From NCBI GenBank assembly GCA_012862495.1, contig BLSG01000086.1:249156-281855 (forward strand): a stretch of DNA of 32,700 bases, given 5' to 3'. Below the pieces are notes generated by a model that was not told where the DNA came from, ran no database searches, and saw only the letters and a list, made by a program, of their open reading frames with translations. Shown here piece after piece: positions 1-9,071 of the stretch (its first letter is position 1; every line of letters starts with the position of its first letter). A program made the translations under genes and the position numbers. This stretch comes from Thraustochytrium aureum. Taxonomy: Eukaryota.

Positions 1-1412
1 ATGAGCGCGCCCACTGCGACGAGGGCAAAGATAGATGAGAGCGAGAACAAGGAGGACCCTTCTGCATCGTCCGCCGGGGCAACGTCTACCTTGGCCGCGT
101 TGGATACCGCTAGTTTGGCCTCCATCGGCATCGCGTTCGGGTTGACAAACGTGCCCGCCTCGTGGTGGTTGTGGGCCTCGTTAAAGTGCTTGTAGTCGCA
201 CTGCATTTGCCACGCCCCGCCGTGAGCCGAGACGTAGTCCTCGTACTGCTTGCGCAGGTCACCGAGCGCGGTCTCCGGCTGGAACTCGTTGAGCGAGCCG
301 TCCGCCGGGTTCCACCAGTAGCTCCGCACGGAGAAGACCTTGCGCGAGCCGTCGTTCGGATCGGGCGAGGCGTGCAGCTCCCAAATGAAGGTCGTACCCG
401 AGACGACGCGCCCCTTGGGCTGGCCCTGCATGGACGTCTCCCAGCCAAACATGTGCTCGAGCCCGTACATGAGCTCGCGCGAGCAGCTAAACAGGCGCAA
501 CAGCGGCATCTTCTTGGGGCGCGACTTGGTGGCAGGCAGGTCGGCCCACTTCTGAAACGACGAGAGAAGGTTGCTCGCAAAGTCCCCCACAAAGTAGATG
601 GCGCCCCGCGGGTCGTCGTAGTGGCTGCGCTCCTGCAGCTCGAAGGCGAGGCGAGTCAGCTTCTCGTGCAGCTCAGGCGTGATCGATTCAGGAAGCTTGA
701 CGCCGCACGAGAAAGCCGAGTCGAGCGTGTCGCTGATGTCCCCGAGCCAGGCGTGCGGGTTCGGGCCGCCGGGCTCGGCATTGACCGGGTTTTCCTTCAA
801 CCCGGACACGTTGCAGATCTTCTCAAAGGGGGCAATCTCGTCCCAGTGCTTGCGCACGAGCTCTTTGCCCTGCGTCTTGTGCCACTCCACAATCATGTCT
901 GCTGTCAGCTTGCCACAAGCTGGCGCCGGACCGCCGAGGGCCGTGTCTTGGAGGCGGGGCACAACAGACACCGGGACGGGCTCGTTCGGGAAAATGCCCA
1001 GGGCAACCGCAGCCATTGACCTCTGCTGCCGGTACCCCATGCGCGCAACAAAGTCCCAGTCTGCGAGGCTCGACTGGTAGTCCTTGCCGACAAAGTTGTT
1101 CGGAGCTTGCTCGTCGCCCCAGTGCTTGCCTTCAATGTAGCGCTCGCGAAGGAAAACGCCGACGTCGCGCATGCGCTGGACCCCAAGCGGCGTCAGGCGC
1201 CCAGGGAGCGCCTCAAAGTCCTCGACAACCTTGGACACGCTGGGCCAGAGCTTCTTGCATGACTGCTGCGTAATGATCTTGTCTGGTGCGCGCTCCCCGT
1301 GCCTGGTCAGCGTCTGCACCATCACGAGCTCCCCATTCGCCAGCCCCGCGACGACAGCGGCAACGGCCACAACTGCCCTCGCCGTCCACGAATATCCGCG
1401 CGTCCCGCCCAT
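1..1412 (-). CDS. Histidine acid phosphatase family protein with signal peptide and C-terminal hydrophobic anchor; runs off the window start
   Basis: Not in the ORF track because there is no stop in the window. Manual translation from ATG 1412 gives MGGTRGYSWTARAVVAVAAVVAGLANGELVMVQTLTRHGERAPDK (RHGxRxP motif), then GRLTPLGVQRMRDVGVFLRERY, and ends SSLFSLSSIFALVAVGAL at the window edge. Confidence 0.88.
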   Translation of the reverse strand, partial: MGGTRGYSWTARAVVAVAAVVAGLANGELVMVQTLTRHGERAPDKIITQQSCKKLWPSVSKVVEDFEALPGRLTPLGVQRMRDVGVFLRERYIEGKHWGDEQAPNNFVGKDYQSSLADWDFVARMGYRQQRSMAAVALGIFPNEPVPVSVVPRLQDTALGGPAPACGKLTADMIVEWHKTQGKELVRKHWDEIAPFEKICNVSGLKENPVNAEPGGPNPHAWLGDISDTLDSAFSCGVKLPESITPELHEKLTRLAFELQERSHYDDPRGAIYFVGDFASNLLSSFQKWADLPATKSRPKKMPLLRLFSCSRELMYGLEHMFGWETSMQGQPKGRVVSGTTFIWELHASPDPNDGSRKVFSVRSYWWNPADGSLNEFQPETALGDLRKQYEDYVSAHGGAWQMQCDYKHFNEAHNHHEAGTFVNPNAMPMEAKLAVSNAAKVDVAPADDAEGSSLFSLSSIFALVAVGAL

Positions 1413-2039
1413 CAGCTCGATCACTTTTTTAAAAGCGCCGAGGACCCCGTCCGACGAAAAATCCACAAGCCCGCACCAGGTCCGCCGAGGCCTTCGCCGT
1501 GCAGCAAACGTNNNNNNNNNNNNNNNNNNNNNNNNNNNNNNNNNNNNNNNNNNNNNNNNNNNNNNNNNNNNNNNNNNNNNNNNNNNNNNNNNNNNNNNNN
1601 NNNNNNNNNNNNNNNNNNNNNNNNNNNNNNNNNNNNNNNNNNNNNNNNNNNNNNNNNNNNNNNNNNNNNNNNNNNNNNNNNNNNNNNNNNNNNNNNNNNN
1701 NNNNNNNNNNNNNNNNNNNNNNNNNNNNNNNNNNNNNNNNNNNNNNNNNNNNNNNNNNNNNNNNNNNNNNNNNNNNNNNNNNNNNNNNNNNNNNNNNNNN
1801 NNNNNNNNNNNNNNNNNNNNNNNNNNNNNNNNNNNNNNNNNNNNNNNNNNNNNNNNNNNNNNNNNNNNNNNNNNNNNNNNNNNNNNNNNNNNNNNNNNNN
1901 NTAGCGCAGGAGGACACGGCGGGCGGTGCCACTCGACGCGGCTGGGCGCAAGAGGGCGGAAGAGCGATCGCTTGCGGCGCCAACGCCACGAGGGCCCGCG
2001 ACGGACGGCCCTGCGAGGGAGTGAGACGGTCGGGCGACG

Positions 2040-3315
2040 ATGGCAACGAAGGGCGACGAAGAGGCGGCCTTGCTGCACGGCGCTCAAGGCTCGTATGGGG
2101 CAGCTGCGACGACGGCCGGCGGGAAGCCGGCCCGGCGGCGGCCTATGCTGCCGCGAGAGGCCTCGCTTGTGATCGCGGCGCCCTTCGCGCTGCCGTCCGA
2201 GTCGTACGTGTCCGTGTCGGAGGCAGCCGAGGGCAAAGAGTTCAAGTACATCGAGCCCTCGAAATCGAGCGGGTTTTCGTTCTTCCACAACCTTTTCAAG
2301 GCCCGCGACGACGGGGAGGGCGAGGGCGAGCCACTTAGCCAAGCCGCGTTGGAGGGCGCGGCGCAAAGCCATCCTGGCTGGGATCCTGGTGGTCGTCGCC
2401 ATCTTCGTGGACGGCCTGCGCCCCGTTACGCTTGTGTGGGCCAAGGACGGCCAGGCCAAGTACCCGTTCATGTTTAGCGTCTGGCTGATCGTGGTCAAGG
2501 CTATGGTGATCGGCTTCTCCGTTGCGATGTACTATGTTGCTCCGCGCGACCAGCGCGAAACCGACATGAGCCGGCGAGAGCTGCTCGGCCTCAGCTTGTA
2601 CCTCCTTCCGCCTACCGTGCTGTACCTGACGAGCGATCTGCTCAACTTTTACATGTTCGAGTACATTTCCGCGTCGACGTTTTCCGTGGTCAAGCAGTCG
2701 CGGCTGATCATCGTGGGCCTTTTGTTCCGCTTTGCGCTCGGGAGGTACCTGTCTCAGATCCAGTGGGTCGCCATCATGCAGCTGCTGCTCTCCTCAATCT
2801 TGTTTGAGGCTGACAAACTCGACGCGCCGGCGGACGGCGGCAAAAGCAACGAGTTTGTCGGCGTGATCATTTTGCTGGTCAAGTGTCTGCTCGACTCGCT
2901 GGCGATCGTTTGGATGGACAAGTACTTCAAGAAGCTCTCGTCGGGCGGGTTTCCCTACCCGCTGCAGCAGATTTGCTTTGCTGTGTACGGCTTCCTCACG
3001 GGCTTGGGGATCTTTCTCTTCCAGGAGTGGGGGCATCTCGGTGCGCGCGCCCCGTTTGACGGCTGGACCACGGGGGCCTGGGTCTCCGCCGTGCTGTCGG
3101 CGTTTTACGGCCTCCTGGTCTCGATCGTGCTCCGGTACTTGGACTCGCTCATCAAGATGCTTCAGAGCCTCCTTGCGGTTGTGGTGACCATCCTGTTCGA
3201 CTACTTGTGGTTTGGGCAGCAGATCAACGCCGTCAAGGCGATCGCGATCGTGTTCGTCCTGCTCTCCGTCTTCCTCTACAAGCTCGGCACCGTGAAGAAG
3301 GTTGTCAAGCATTGA
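2040..3315 (+). CDS. Nucleotide-sugar transporter (SLC35A / CMP-sialic acid-UDP-galactose transporter-like), one apparent frameshift
   Basis: Multi-TM ORF 2389-3315 has ISASTFSVVKQSRLIIVGLLFRFALGRYLSQIQW, FDGWTTGAW and GLLVSIVLRYLDSLIK. Removing one G from GGG at 2354-2356 joins it to the ATG-2040 ORF (..AALEARRKAILAGIL..). Confidence 0.85.
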
Positions 3316-3475
3316 CTGTGAAGGTGGTGCGCGCGCGCGTGCGGTGGGTCCACAGCGACAGCGGCGGTGGTGGAACCAACGAGAACGAACGAGGCCCCGC
3401 GCGCGGCACGGCCGCCCGCCTGCTTGCTGCTGCCACGTAGTTAGTAGCGATAGAGCGCCGCCTCGCGCCTAGCCA

Positions 3476-4063
3476 TCAAAACTCGAGCGAGCTCGCCCCG
3501 GCGGCCGCGAGCTGGCCGGCCTCGTCTTTGCTCGTCAAGTCCGGCTCGAGCTCGAGCACGAGTCCCAACCGCGCCTCCAAGACCTTGAACTTGTTGCGAA
3601 TCCGCAGGAACTTGGCGTGCGTGTCGCTGTCAAACGCCTGGTTCCGTGGGAACGTTGCGATCATCTCTGCGAGCTTCCGGGTGACCTCCGCAACGGCGGG
3701 CCTTGCGGCGCGCTCGAGGATGAGCTCCATCTCGGCCCGCCGTCGCGAGGGCGGCGCGGCGCGCACGGCCGATTCGAACGTCCGTGGCGCCTCGCTTTCA
3801 TCGGTGGCACTCGTTTCTGTCGAAGCTTGGTCCGCGCTGCTCCGGCTCGTCTCCAACTCAAGTTGGAGCCTCGTCAACCGGTCCACAACACCTTCGTAAA
3901 ACCCAAACTCAATCCCAAACTCGAATCCTTTCGTGCGACCCATGCCCCTCGCCTCCTCCTCCGCCTGGCTGGCGCCCTTCTCGCGTCCTTCCAGCCGTCC
4001 GGCTTCAAGCAGCCCGCGCTCCACTTCGAGCACCGCGTCGTCGAGCGCCCAGTCGTCGTCCAT
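3476..4063 (-). CDS. LTO1: LTO1/ORAOV1-like protein (Yae1_N domain; ABCE1 Fe-S maturation adaptor)
   Basis: From MDDDWALDDAVLEVE: periodic Gly pattern EAGRLEGREKGASQAEEEARGMGRTKGFEFGIEFGFYEG and C-terminal RIRNKFKVLEARLG, typical of LTO1/ORAOV1. Confidence 0.75.
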   Translation of the reverse strand: MDDDWALDDAVLEVERGLLEAGRLEGREKGASQAEEEARGMGRTKGFEFGIEFGFYEGVVDRLTRLQLELETSRSSADQASTETSATDESEAPRTFESAVRAAPPSRRRAEMELILERAARPAVAEVTRKLAEMIATFPRNQAFDSDTHAKFLRIRNKFKVLEARLGLVLELEPDLTSKDEAGQLAAAGASSLEF

Positions 4064-4403
4064 CGCGAACCAACCAGGCAGGCCCTTGCTGAAACCGTCC
4101 GCGCCGTCGCGGCAGCAGCAGTAGCGCCAAACCAGCGCCTCCGCCACTCAGCAACGTGCACCAGCGGCACCCCAGTCCAAGGCCGTCGCCTGCGTCGGGC
4201 TTTCGCTTGCCCGCCTCCGCTTTCGTTTCGCTTTCGCTTTCGCTTGGCCGCAAAAAGGAGGTCGACCGAGCAGGCCAGACGCGCAGCCCCACGGCTCGCC
4301 CTGCAAGGCGCGCCGCGACAGCTGCTGGCGGGACGCTTGTGCGCGACGCGGCCTCTGCTCGAGCGACCGGTCATTGATTGCCACGAACGCGAGGCCAAAA
4401 ACC

Positions 4404-4616
4404 GAGAACAACAGAACGATCCCCTTAGAGAACAAAAGAACGATCTCCTTTGAGAACAACAGAACGATCGTCGAGAACAACAGAATGATCTTCGAGAACA
4501 AAGGAATGATCTCTGATGAGAGTAACGGAATGATCTCCAATGGAAACAAAGGAATGATCACTGATGAGAATAACGGAATGATCCTTCAAACCATTGCGAA
4601 GAACAAGAGAACGGTC
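4404..4616. repeat. Degenerate tandem repeat, 9 copies of an 18-bp core (GAGAACAAMRGAAYGATC)
   Basis: Cores start at 4404, 4428, 4452, 4473, 4494, 4518, 4542, 4566 and 4599. Spacings are 24,24,21,21,24,24,24,33. The tract is AT-rich relative to its flanks. Confidence 0.9.
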
Positions 4617-4679
4617 CGGGTCTTGACGAACCGCAATGCGCCCTTTCAATTCTTTCAAGAACTCAGATTTCGTCACCAT
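4425..4679 (-). CDS. Possible small repeat protein or pseudogene with D(H/R)S(V/F/L)xL repeats
   Basis: ATG-started 84-aa ORF. All unit lengths are multiples of 3, and several unit differences are synonymous in this frame (TCT/TCC, GAT/GAC, CTC/CTT). Confidence 0.35.
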   Translation of the reverse strand: MVTKSEFLKELKGRIAVRQDPDRSLVLRNGLKDHSVILISDHSFVSIGDHSVTLIRDHSFVLEDHSVVLDDRSVVLKGDRSFVL

Positions 4680-4698
4680 GCTTCTTGCTAATGTACCA

Positions 4699-4737
4699 TT
4701 GCGTCATGAGTTCACCTTGCGTCATCTCCATGACGCA
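4699..4737. promoter_or_regulatory. Cluster of three TGCGTCAT / ATGACGCA (CRE-like bZIP-type) elements
   Basis: TTGCGTCAT at 4699 and 4717, and inverted ATGACGCA at 4730. 4718-4737 is a perfect 8-bp inverted repeat with a 4-nt spacer. Confidence 0.4.
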
Positions 4738-5168
4738 TTCCTTATCTTCGCTCCTTTTGTTCTCCGAGAGAGGTTTCACCGACGCTTCCGATCCGAATAC
4801 TAAACAGCCTCATCGGAGTAAAAGTCAGTTTTCGCCGAGGCAGTAGCTCGCACGCAGTACCGGGTCGAGGCGCGGGCTGGCGTCGAGGAGGACGCTGGCG
4901 CGGCGCGCGGCTTGCGCGGTGCTGGGGGCTGTTGCGGCGGAGCGTGCCTCTGCGGCGGCCTTGCGTATCGGCGGATTGGTTGGGCTGGCGCGGCTTGGGC
5001 GAGCGGCGCGACGGCTGGGCGACACACCTCTCTGGCCCACTGCCGCCACCGGCCGCCGGTTGACGCCGAGGCAAGGCGGAGGGCGGTTGCGGAGGCTGGC
5101 GCAACCGCGCGGCTCCCAGCGGAGCGCGCTGCTTGCGCGGGGCGCAACGGGGAGCCAAGAACGCAAAT

Positions 5169-6344
5169 ATGGCGGACGATGCTGGAACAAAAACCAACAT
5201 GCCGCCTCCCGCCGCAAAGCGCGCGCGGCAAAACACGAGCACACGCCAAGGAGCGGCGGTTGAAGCGAGCGCAGCGGGGCGCTCTACGCCTGGCCGCTCG
5301 ACCCCAATGGCTCTCAAGCACCTCCTTTCGCCCTTCTCGTCGCTCTCGCGCGGTTCTGATGGGTCCATGTCCAGCGACGTCAGTATGTCACCTTTCAAGG
5401 TCACCACAAGCCCAAGCCCGAGGCTTGGTGCGGTCCGGCTATCCACGGAGGAGGCGACGAGCCTTTTCTGTGCGCTGGACGACAACGCGATGTCGCCTTC
5501 CAAGCCCGAGGACGCCTCAAGTGGGAACTCAGAGGAGGACGACTTTGGAAGCGTCTCTTCTGACGAAGGGGAGCACTGTCTCGGCGAGCACGGACTCCCC
5601 AGCAGGCCATATTCTGACACGGCCGCAGCTGACCCCGCGGCCAGACGCTCNNNNNNNNNNNNNNNNNNNNNNNNNNNNNNNNNNNNNNNNNNNNNNNNNN
5701 NNNNNNNNNNNNNNNNNNNNNNNNNNNNNNNNNNNNNNNNNNNNNNNGCCGGGTTGGAGTGCGTTTCGCGACCGTTCGTAATTGGCCCACAGCGGTCTGG
5801 CACCCTCGCTGAGATCAACGCCGTGATGCGATCCGCCCGCGCCGAGGACTCGCCCGGCACAAGCCAAACTGGCCGGGGACGGGCGAGCGCAAACGCTCGA
5901 CCCCCGGTCGCCCCGCCAGCGTCCAAACGGAGCAGAGCGACAGCGAAAAGCAAAACAAACAAACCTGATGCTGCGCTGAGCAGCCAGCCCCCAGCCAGCA
6001 GAAACCAACCGACGGTGGGTGCACCAACCAGCGTCCGCACCTTGCCCGAGTCGGTTCGTAAACGCAGCAGAGACGGTGCCGGAGAGCCCACAATCGCGCC
6101 AAAGCCAATGTTCCCTTTGCGCAACCCAACGAGGAAGGACGCACCCGGCCCAGCCCCGCTCGCGGGCGGCCCGCGGCCTCTTCCAGACTCGGATGCAGGT
6201 TTGCCAAAGAAGAAACGCTTCCTCTCGCTCCCGTCGTCGCGCGCGATACGCCTCGAAGCGGCGCCAAATGCCGCGCCTTCAGTGACCCAGAAGCTCGTGC
6301 TTCCTCCCCCGCGCCCCGTCTACGCGCCGAGCGCGACCAAGTAA
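5169..6344 (+). CDS. Hypothetical low-complexity S/P/A-rich protein with NLS-like motifs; spans a gap
   Basis: ATG 5169 MADDAGTKTNMPPPAAKRAR. Also PASKRSR, RKRSR, LPKKKRF, many SP/TP sites and an acidic patch SEEDDFGSVSSDE. Frame across gap 5651-5747 is not verifiable. Confidence 0.6.
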   Translation: MADDAGTKTNMPPPAAKRARQNTSTRQGAAVEASAAGRSTPGRSTPMALKHLLSPFSSLSRGSDGSMSSDVSMSPFKVTTSPSPRLGAVRLSTEEATSLFCALDDNAMSPSKPEDASSGNSEEDDFGSVSSDEGEHCLGEHGLPSRPYSDTAAADPAARRXXXXXXXXXXXXXXXXXXXXXXXXXXXXXXXXXAGLECVSRPFVIGPQRSGTLAEINAVMRSARAEDSPGTSQTGRGRASANARPPVAPPASKRSRATAKSKTNKPDAALSSQPPASRNQPTVGAPTSVRTLPESVRKRSRDGAGEPTIAPKPMFPLRNPTRKDAPGPAPLAGGPRPLPDSDAGLPKKKRFLSLPSSRAIRLEAAPNAAPSVTQKLVLPPPRPVYAPSATK

Positions 6345-6443
6345 GCGCTCTTGATCGCGCTTCGGCCCGCCACGGCAGCCGGCGCCGGCCTGGGGGCCGA
6401 TTCACACTGATAGTCGTATCTGAGAACGCCAATGTCTTTATCT

Positions 6444-6551
6444 CTGCTTTGCTCCCGAGCTGCTTTGCTCCCGACCTGCTTTGCTCCCGAGCTGCTTTGC
6501 TCTCGAGCTGCTTTGCTCCCGAGCTGCTTTGCTCCCGAGCTGCTTTGCTCC
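6444..6551 (+). repeat. Minisatellite (CTGCTTTGCTCCCGAG) x ~6.75
   Basis: 16-bp units at 6444, 6460, 6476, 6492, 6508, 6524 and a partial unit at 6540, with two single-base variants. Confidence 0.97.
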
Positions 6552-6751
6552 TCGCCGCCTGGCCTGTTCACAAACAACGCGTCCAAGCAGAGCGCCTAGC
6601 CGGTTGACTGGATACGCCGAGCTTGGCTGTCCAAGCTGTCGCCGTCGCTGGGACAGGCTTCTGGTGCTCGCTTGACACTCGGTGCGCGGCCCGAACCCAA
6701 AACGTTGTCGACTCGGCCGCGTCAGTCCCACAACCGACGAAGCGCAGCGCA

Positions 6752-7822
6752 ATGGACAGTCGCCGCCTGCTGCGCGAGCCCGAGCCGGAGCAGCGGCAGC
6801 AGCGACGGGGCGCTTGCGCAGGTGTCGCCACGCGGCGCTGCCGAGCGTTCTGCGCCTCTGTGTGCTATGCCCTTGTGGCAGCCTTGGCCGTTGTCGCGCT
6901 CGTGGGGGCCGCCTCGAGCGGCGGCCTACCTGGCCTTAGGCCAGCGGGGTCGAACGACACTCCAGCGGACGTGCTTGCGACCACGTACTCGGAGGCTGTT
7001 GCGAAAGCCATGGTCATGTACGCGGCGACGGCGAGCTGCGAGGAGAGGACAGTGCTGGAAAGCTGGGCGTGCAAGGGGTGCAGGCGAGGCGCAGGCCCGA
7101 TCCCCGCCCCGCCGGCCCTGACAAACGTTAGCGTCGTGAGAAGCGAGGACGCTATCAACCAGGGCATCGTTGGGTACGACCCCGTGAATGACCGTGTGGT
7201 GGTCGCGTTCCGGGGCAGCGTCTCCTTGTCGCAGTGGATTTTTGACGTGGACGTGCGGCTCCGCAAGGTGTACGCAGAGCTTGGGTGCCAATCTTGCTAC
7301 GCTCACGAGGGGTTTTTCGAAGCGTTCGAAGAGCTGCGGGAGCCGGTCTTTGACTCAGTCAAGGCGCTCCGCGAGGCGTTCGGGACGAGCAAGGTGTGGT
7401 TGACTGGACACAGCCTGGGCGGCGCGATGGCGGCGCACGCCGGGCTCGAGCTACTTGCCAGGGACGCCTCCGTCAACGTGACCGGGTACACGTTTGGGCA
7501 ACCGAGGCTTGGCAACAAGGCGCTCGCTGCTTGGTCGCGCAGTCGGCTGCCCAGCTGGATCCGTGTCGTCAATTTCCTGGACCCAGTCGTTCAATGCGTA
7601 AAGCTGCCTGGGTACCACCACATGCCGACCGAAGTGTGGTACTTTGACAAGCCCAAGCCCGGTGCACCGCCCGGGCGATTCCGTGTGTGCAGTAGCTTGG
7701 ACGGCGAGGACAAAACCTGCCAAGACGCGCGGTGCGGTGGGTTCAAGCTGTGCTTGGACGGCTCCAACCATGTATCGTACATGAACTTGGAGGGGATCAC
7801 GAACACCTCGCTGCTTTGCTGA
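6752..7822 (+). CDS. Class 3 (fungal-type) triacylglycerol lipase with N-terminal membrane anchor
   Basis: VVVAFRGS, AHEGF, WLTGHSLGGAMA (nucleophile elbow), YTFGQPRLGN, RVVNFLDPV, GYHHMPTEVW and NHVSY. Hydrophobic segment VCYALVAALAVVALVGAA. Confidence 0.95.
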   Translation: MDSRRLLREPEPEQRQQRRGACAGVATRRCRAFCASVCYALVAALAVVALVGAASSGGLPGLRPAGSNDTPADVLATTYSEAVAKAMVMYAATASCEERTVLESWACKGCRRGAGPIPAPPALTNVSVVRSEDAINQGIVGYDPVNDRVVVAFRGSVSLSQWIFDVDVRLRKVYAELGCQSCYAHEGFFEAFEELREPVFDSVKALREAFGTSKVWLTGHSLGGAMAAHAGLELLARDASVNVTGYTFGQPRLGNKALAAWSRSRLPSWIRVVNFLDPVVQCVKLPGYHHMPTEVWYFDKPKPGAPPGRFRVCSSLDGEDKTCQDARCGGFKLCLDGSNHVSYMNLEGITNTSLLC

Positions 7823-7968
7823 GACAAAACAAGGACCAGAAGGCCTCCCAACCACCAGGCTTGGCAAAGCCAGCCGGTGCGTGGCGCCCGCAACCCAAGC
7901 GTGGTTCCCTCAGTTGTTCGTAGCCTCTACAAGCTAGCTAACCAGAACGACGCGTCTCTGAGCTCTCG

Positions 7969-8946
7969 CTAAAGAGAGCTCGGCGCCCCTCTCGCCCCGC
8001 GCAGGGCGCTCGGCGCCTCGGCATCGGCGCTTTGCCCTTTGAGCCGCACGAACGAGTCTGTCAGGAAGATCGTGATCGAGATCGGGAGCGCAACGGCAAC
8101 CAAGTTGGAGCCCAGCCCGCGCGCAGCCCATGCAAGCCTTCTGCGGCCCGCTCCCGCTTCTTCCGCGCTCAAGCTCTGAACCGTTGCCATGAATGATTTG
8201 TCCGTCTTGAACATTTCGTTCCGAATGACATCCATCGGGTTTGTCAAGACCGCTCCAGCGACGCCTGACACGACAGACTTGACGGTGGCGCGCACCACAA
8301 ACTCGCTGTCGCTCGTGGCAGGCGGCAGGGCCATCTCGCATGCGTCTTTAACGACCACAGACGTGATGTACTTTGGCACACTCTTGGCGAGGCCGGCGCT
8401 GAGGCCGTGCCAGAGTTTGGAAAACCCTTTCGTTTCTGCCAGGTGCCGCAGCGCTGACATCGTAGTTCTATAGTTTGGGTCGCTGTAGTTGGCGGGGTTT
8501 TGCATCGTGATCGAGGCGCGCACTATGGGCATGTTGACGGCCTGCACGAACGAGCTGAGCAGGAGTGGGGGGAGCGCCATCGAGACCACGGTTGGCGCCT
8601 GCAGCTCGTTCAATTTTGCCCTGTAGTGGTCGCTGCCATAAAAGATCATGGCCCTCGCCCAGGTCATGCCTCCAATCACGGCTGGGACGCCGCGGTATGG
8701 CGGCGACAGCGCAGTGATAAACGTGCTCACCCGGCTTTTCAGGCCGTTCCCTTGCGGCCTGATGAACCCGCTCTGGTTGATCGCAGACGCCTTCCACAGT
8801 CTGCGCGGACGGCCAGAAACGACTCTCGGCGCGTCAGCCAGCTGCCACGCCGATCCGCCCGCGCTCGCCACGACTTACGGATAGTTCACAAGCGCCGCGC
8901 AGGCGCTCGCCAGGAGGTAGCATTCTGGACTCTCGCTTTTGCCCAT
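7969..8946 (-). CDS. Mitochondrial carrier (SLC25) family protein; exons 8946-8879 and 8800-7969 (299 aa)
   Basis: Spliced start MGKSESPECYLLASACAALVNYP|LWKASAINQSGF. Carrier motifs PYRGV, LWHGLSAG, TNPMDVIRNEM and ARGLGSN. Confidence 0.88.
8801..8878 (-). other. 78-nt spliceosomal intron
   Basis: Minus strand reads CC|GTAAGT ... GGCTGAC (branch-like) ... GCGCAG|A. Removing it eliminates an in-frame TAA and links ATG 8946 to the long ORF. Confidence 0.88.
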
Positions 8947-8989
8947 CGTGCCCTGGCTCCCGCCGCCCAAGCCCCCCGCGCGCCCGTCA

Positions 8990-9071
8990 GCACGCACGCA
9001 CGCACGCACGCACGCACGTCAACAAGCGAAGAACGCACGCACGCACGCACGCACGTCAGCACGCACGCACG
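8990..9071. repeat. Interrupted (GCAC)n microsatellite
   Basis: Three GCAC tracts separated by GTCAACAAGCGAAGAA and GTCA, just upstream of the carrier ATG. Confidence 0.92.

Noticed and set aside
162..1019. Long plus-strand ORF, and similar antisense ORFs (e.g. 24472-25302, 25958-26824, 9711-10529)
   Set aside because: Antisense shadows of GC-rich genes on the opposite strand, with no motifs.
4404..4616. CRISPR-like repeat-spacer appearance
   Set aside because: Spacers are only 3-15 nt, the repeats are degenerate, the context is eukaryotic and there are no cas genes.
6444..6551. CRISPR array or iteron set
   Set aside because: Head-to-tail 16-mers with no spacers; an ordinary minisatellite.
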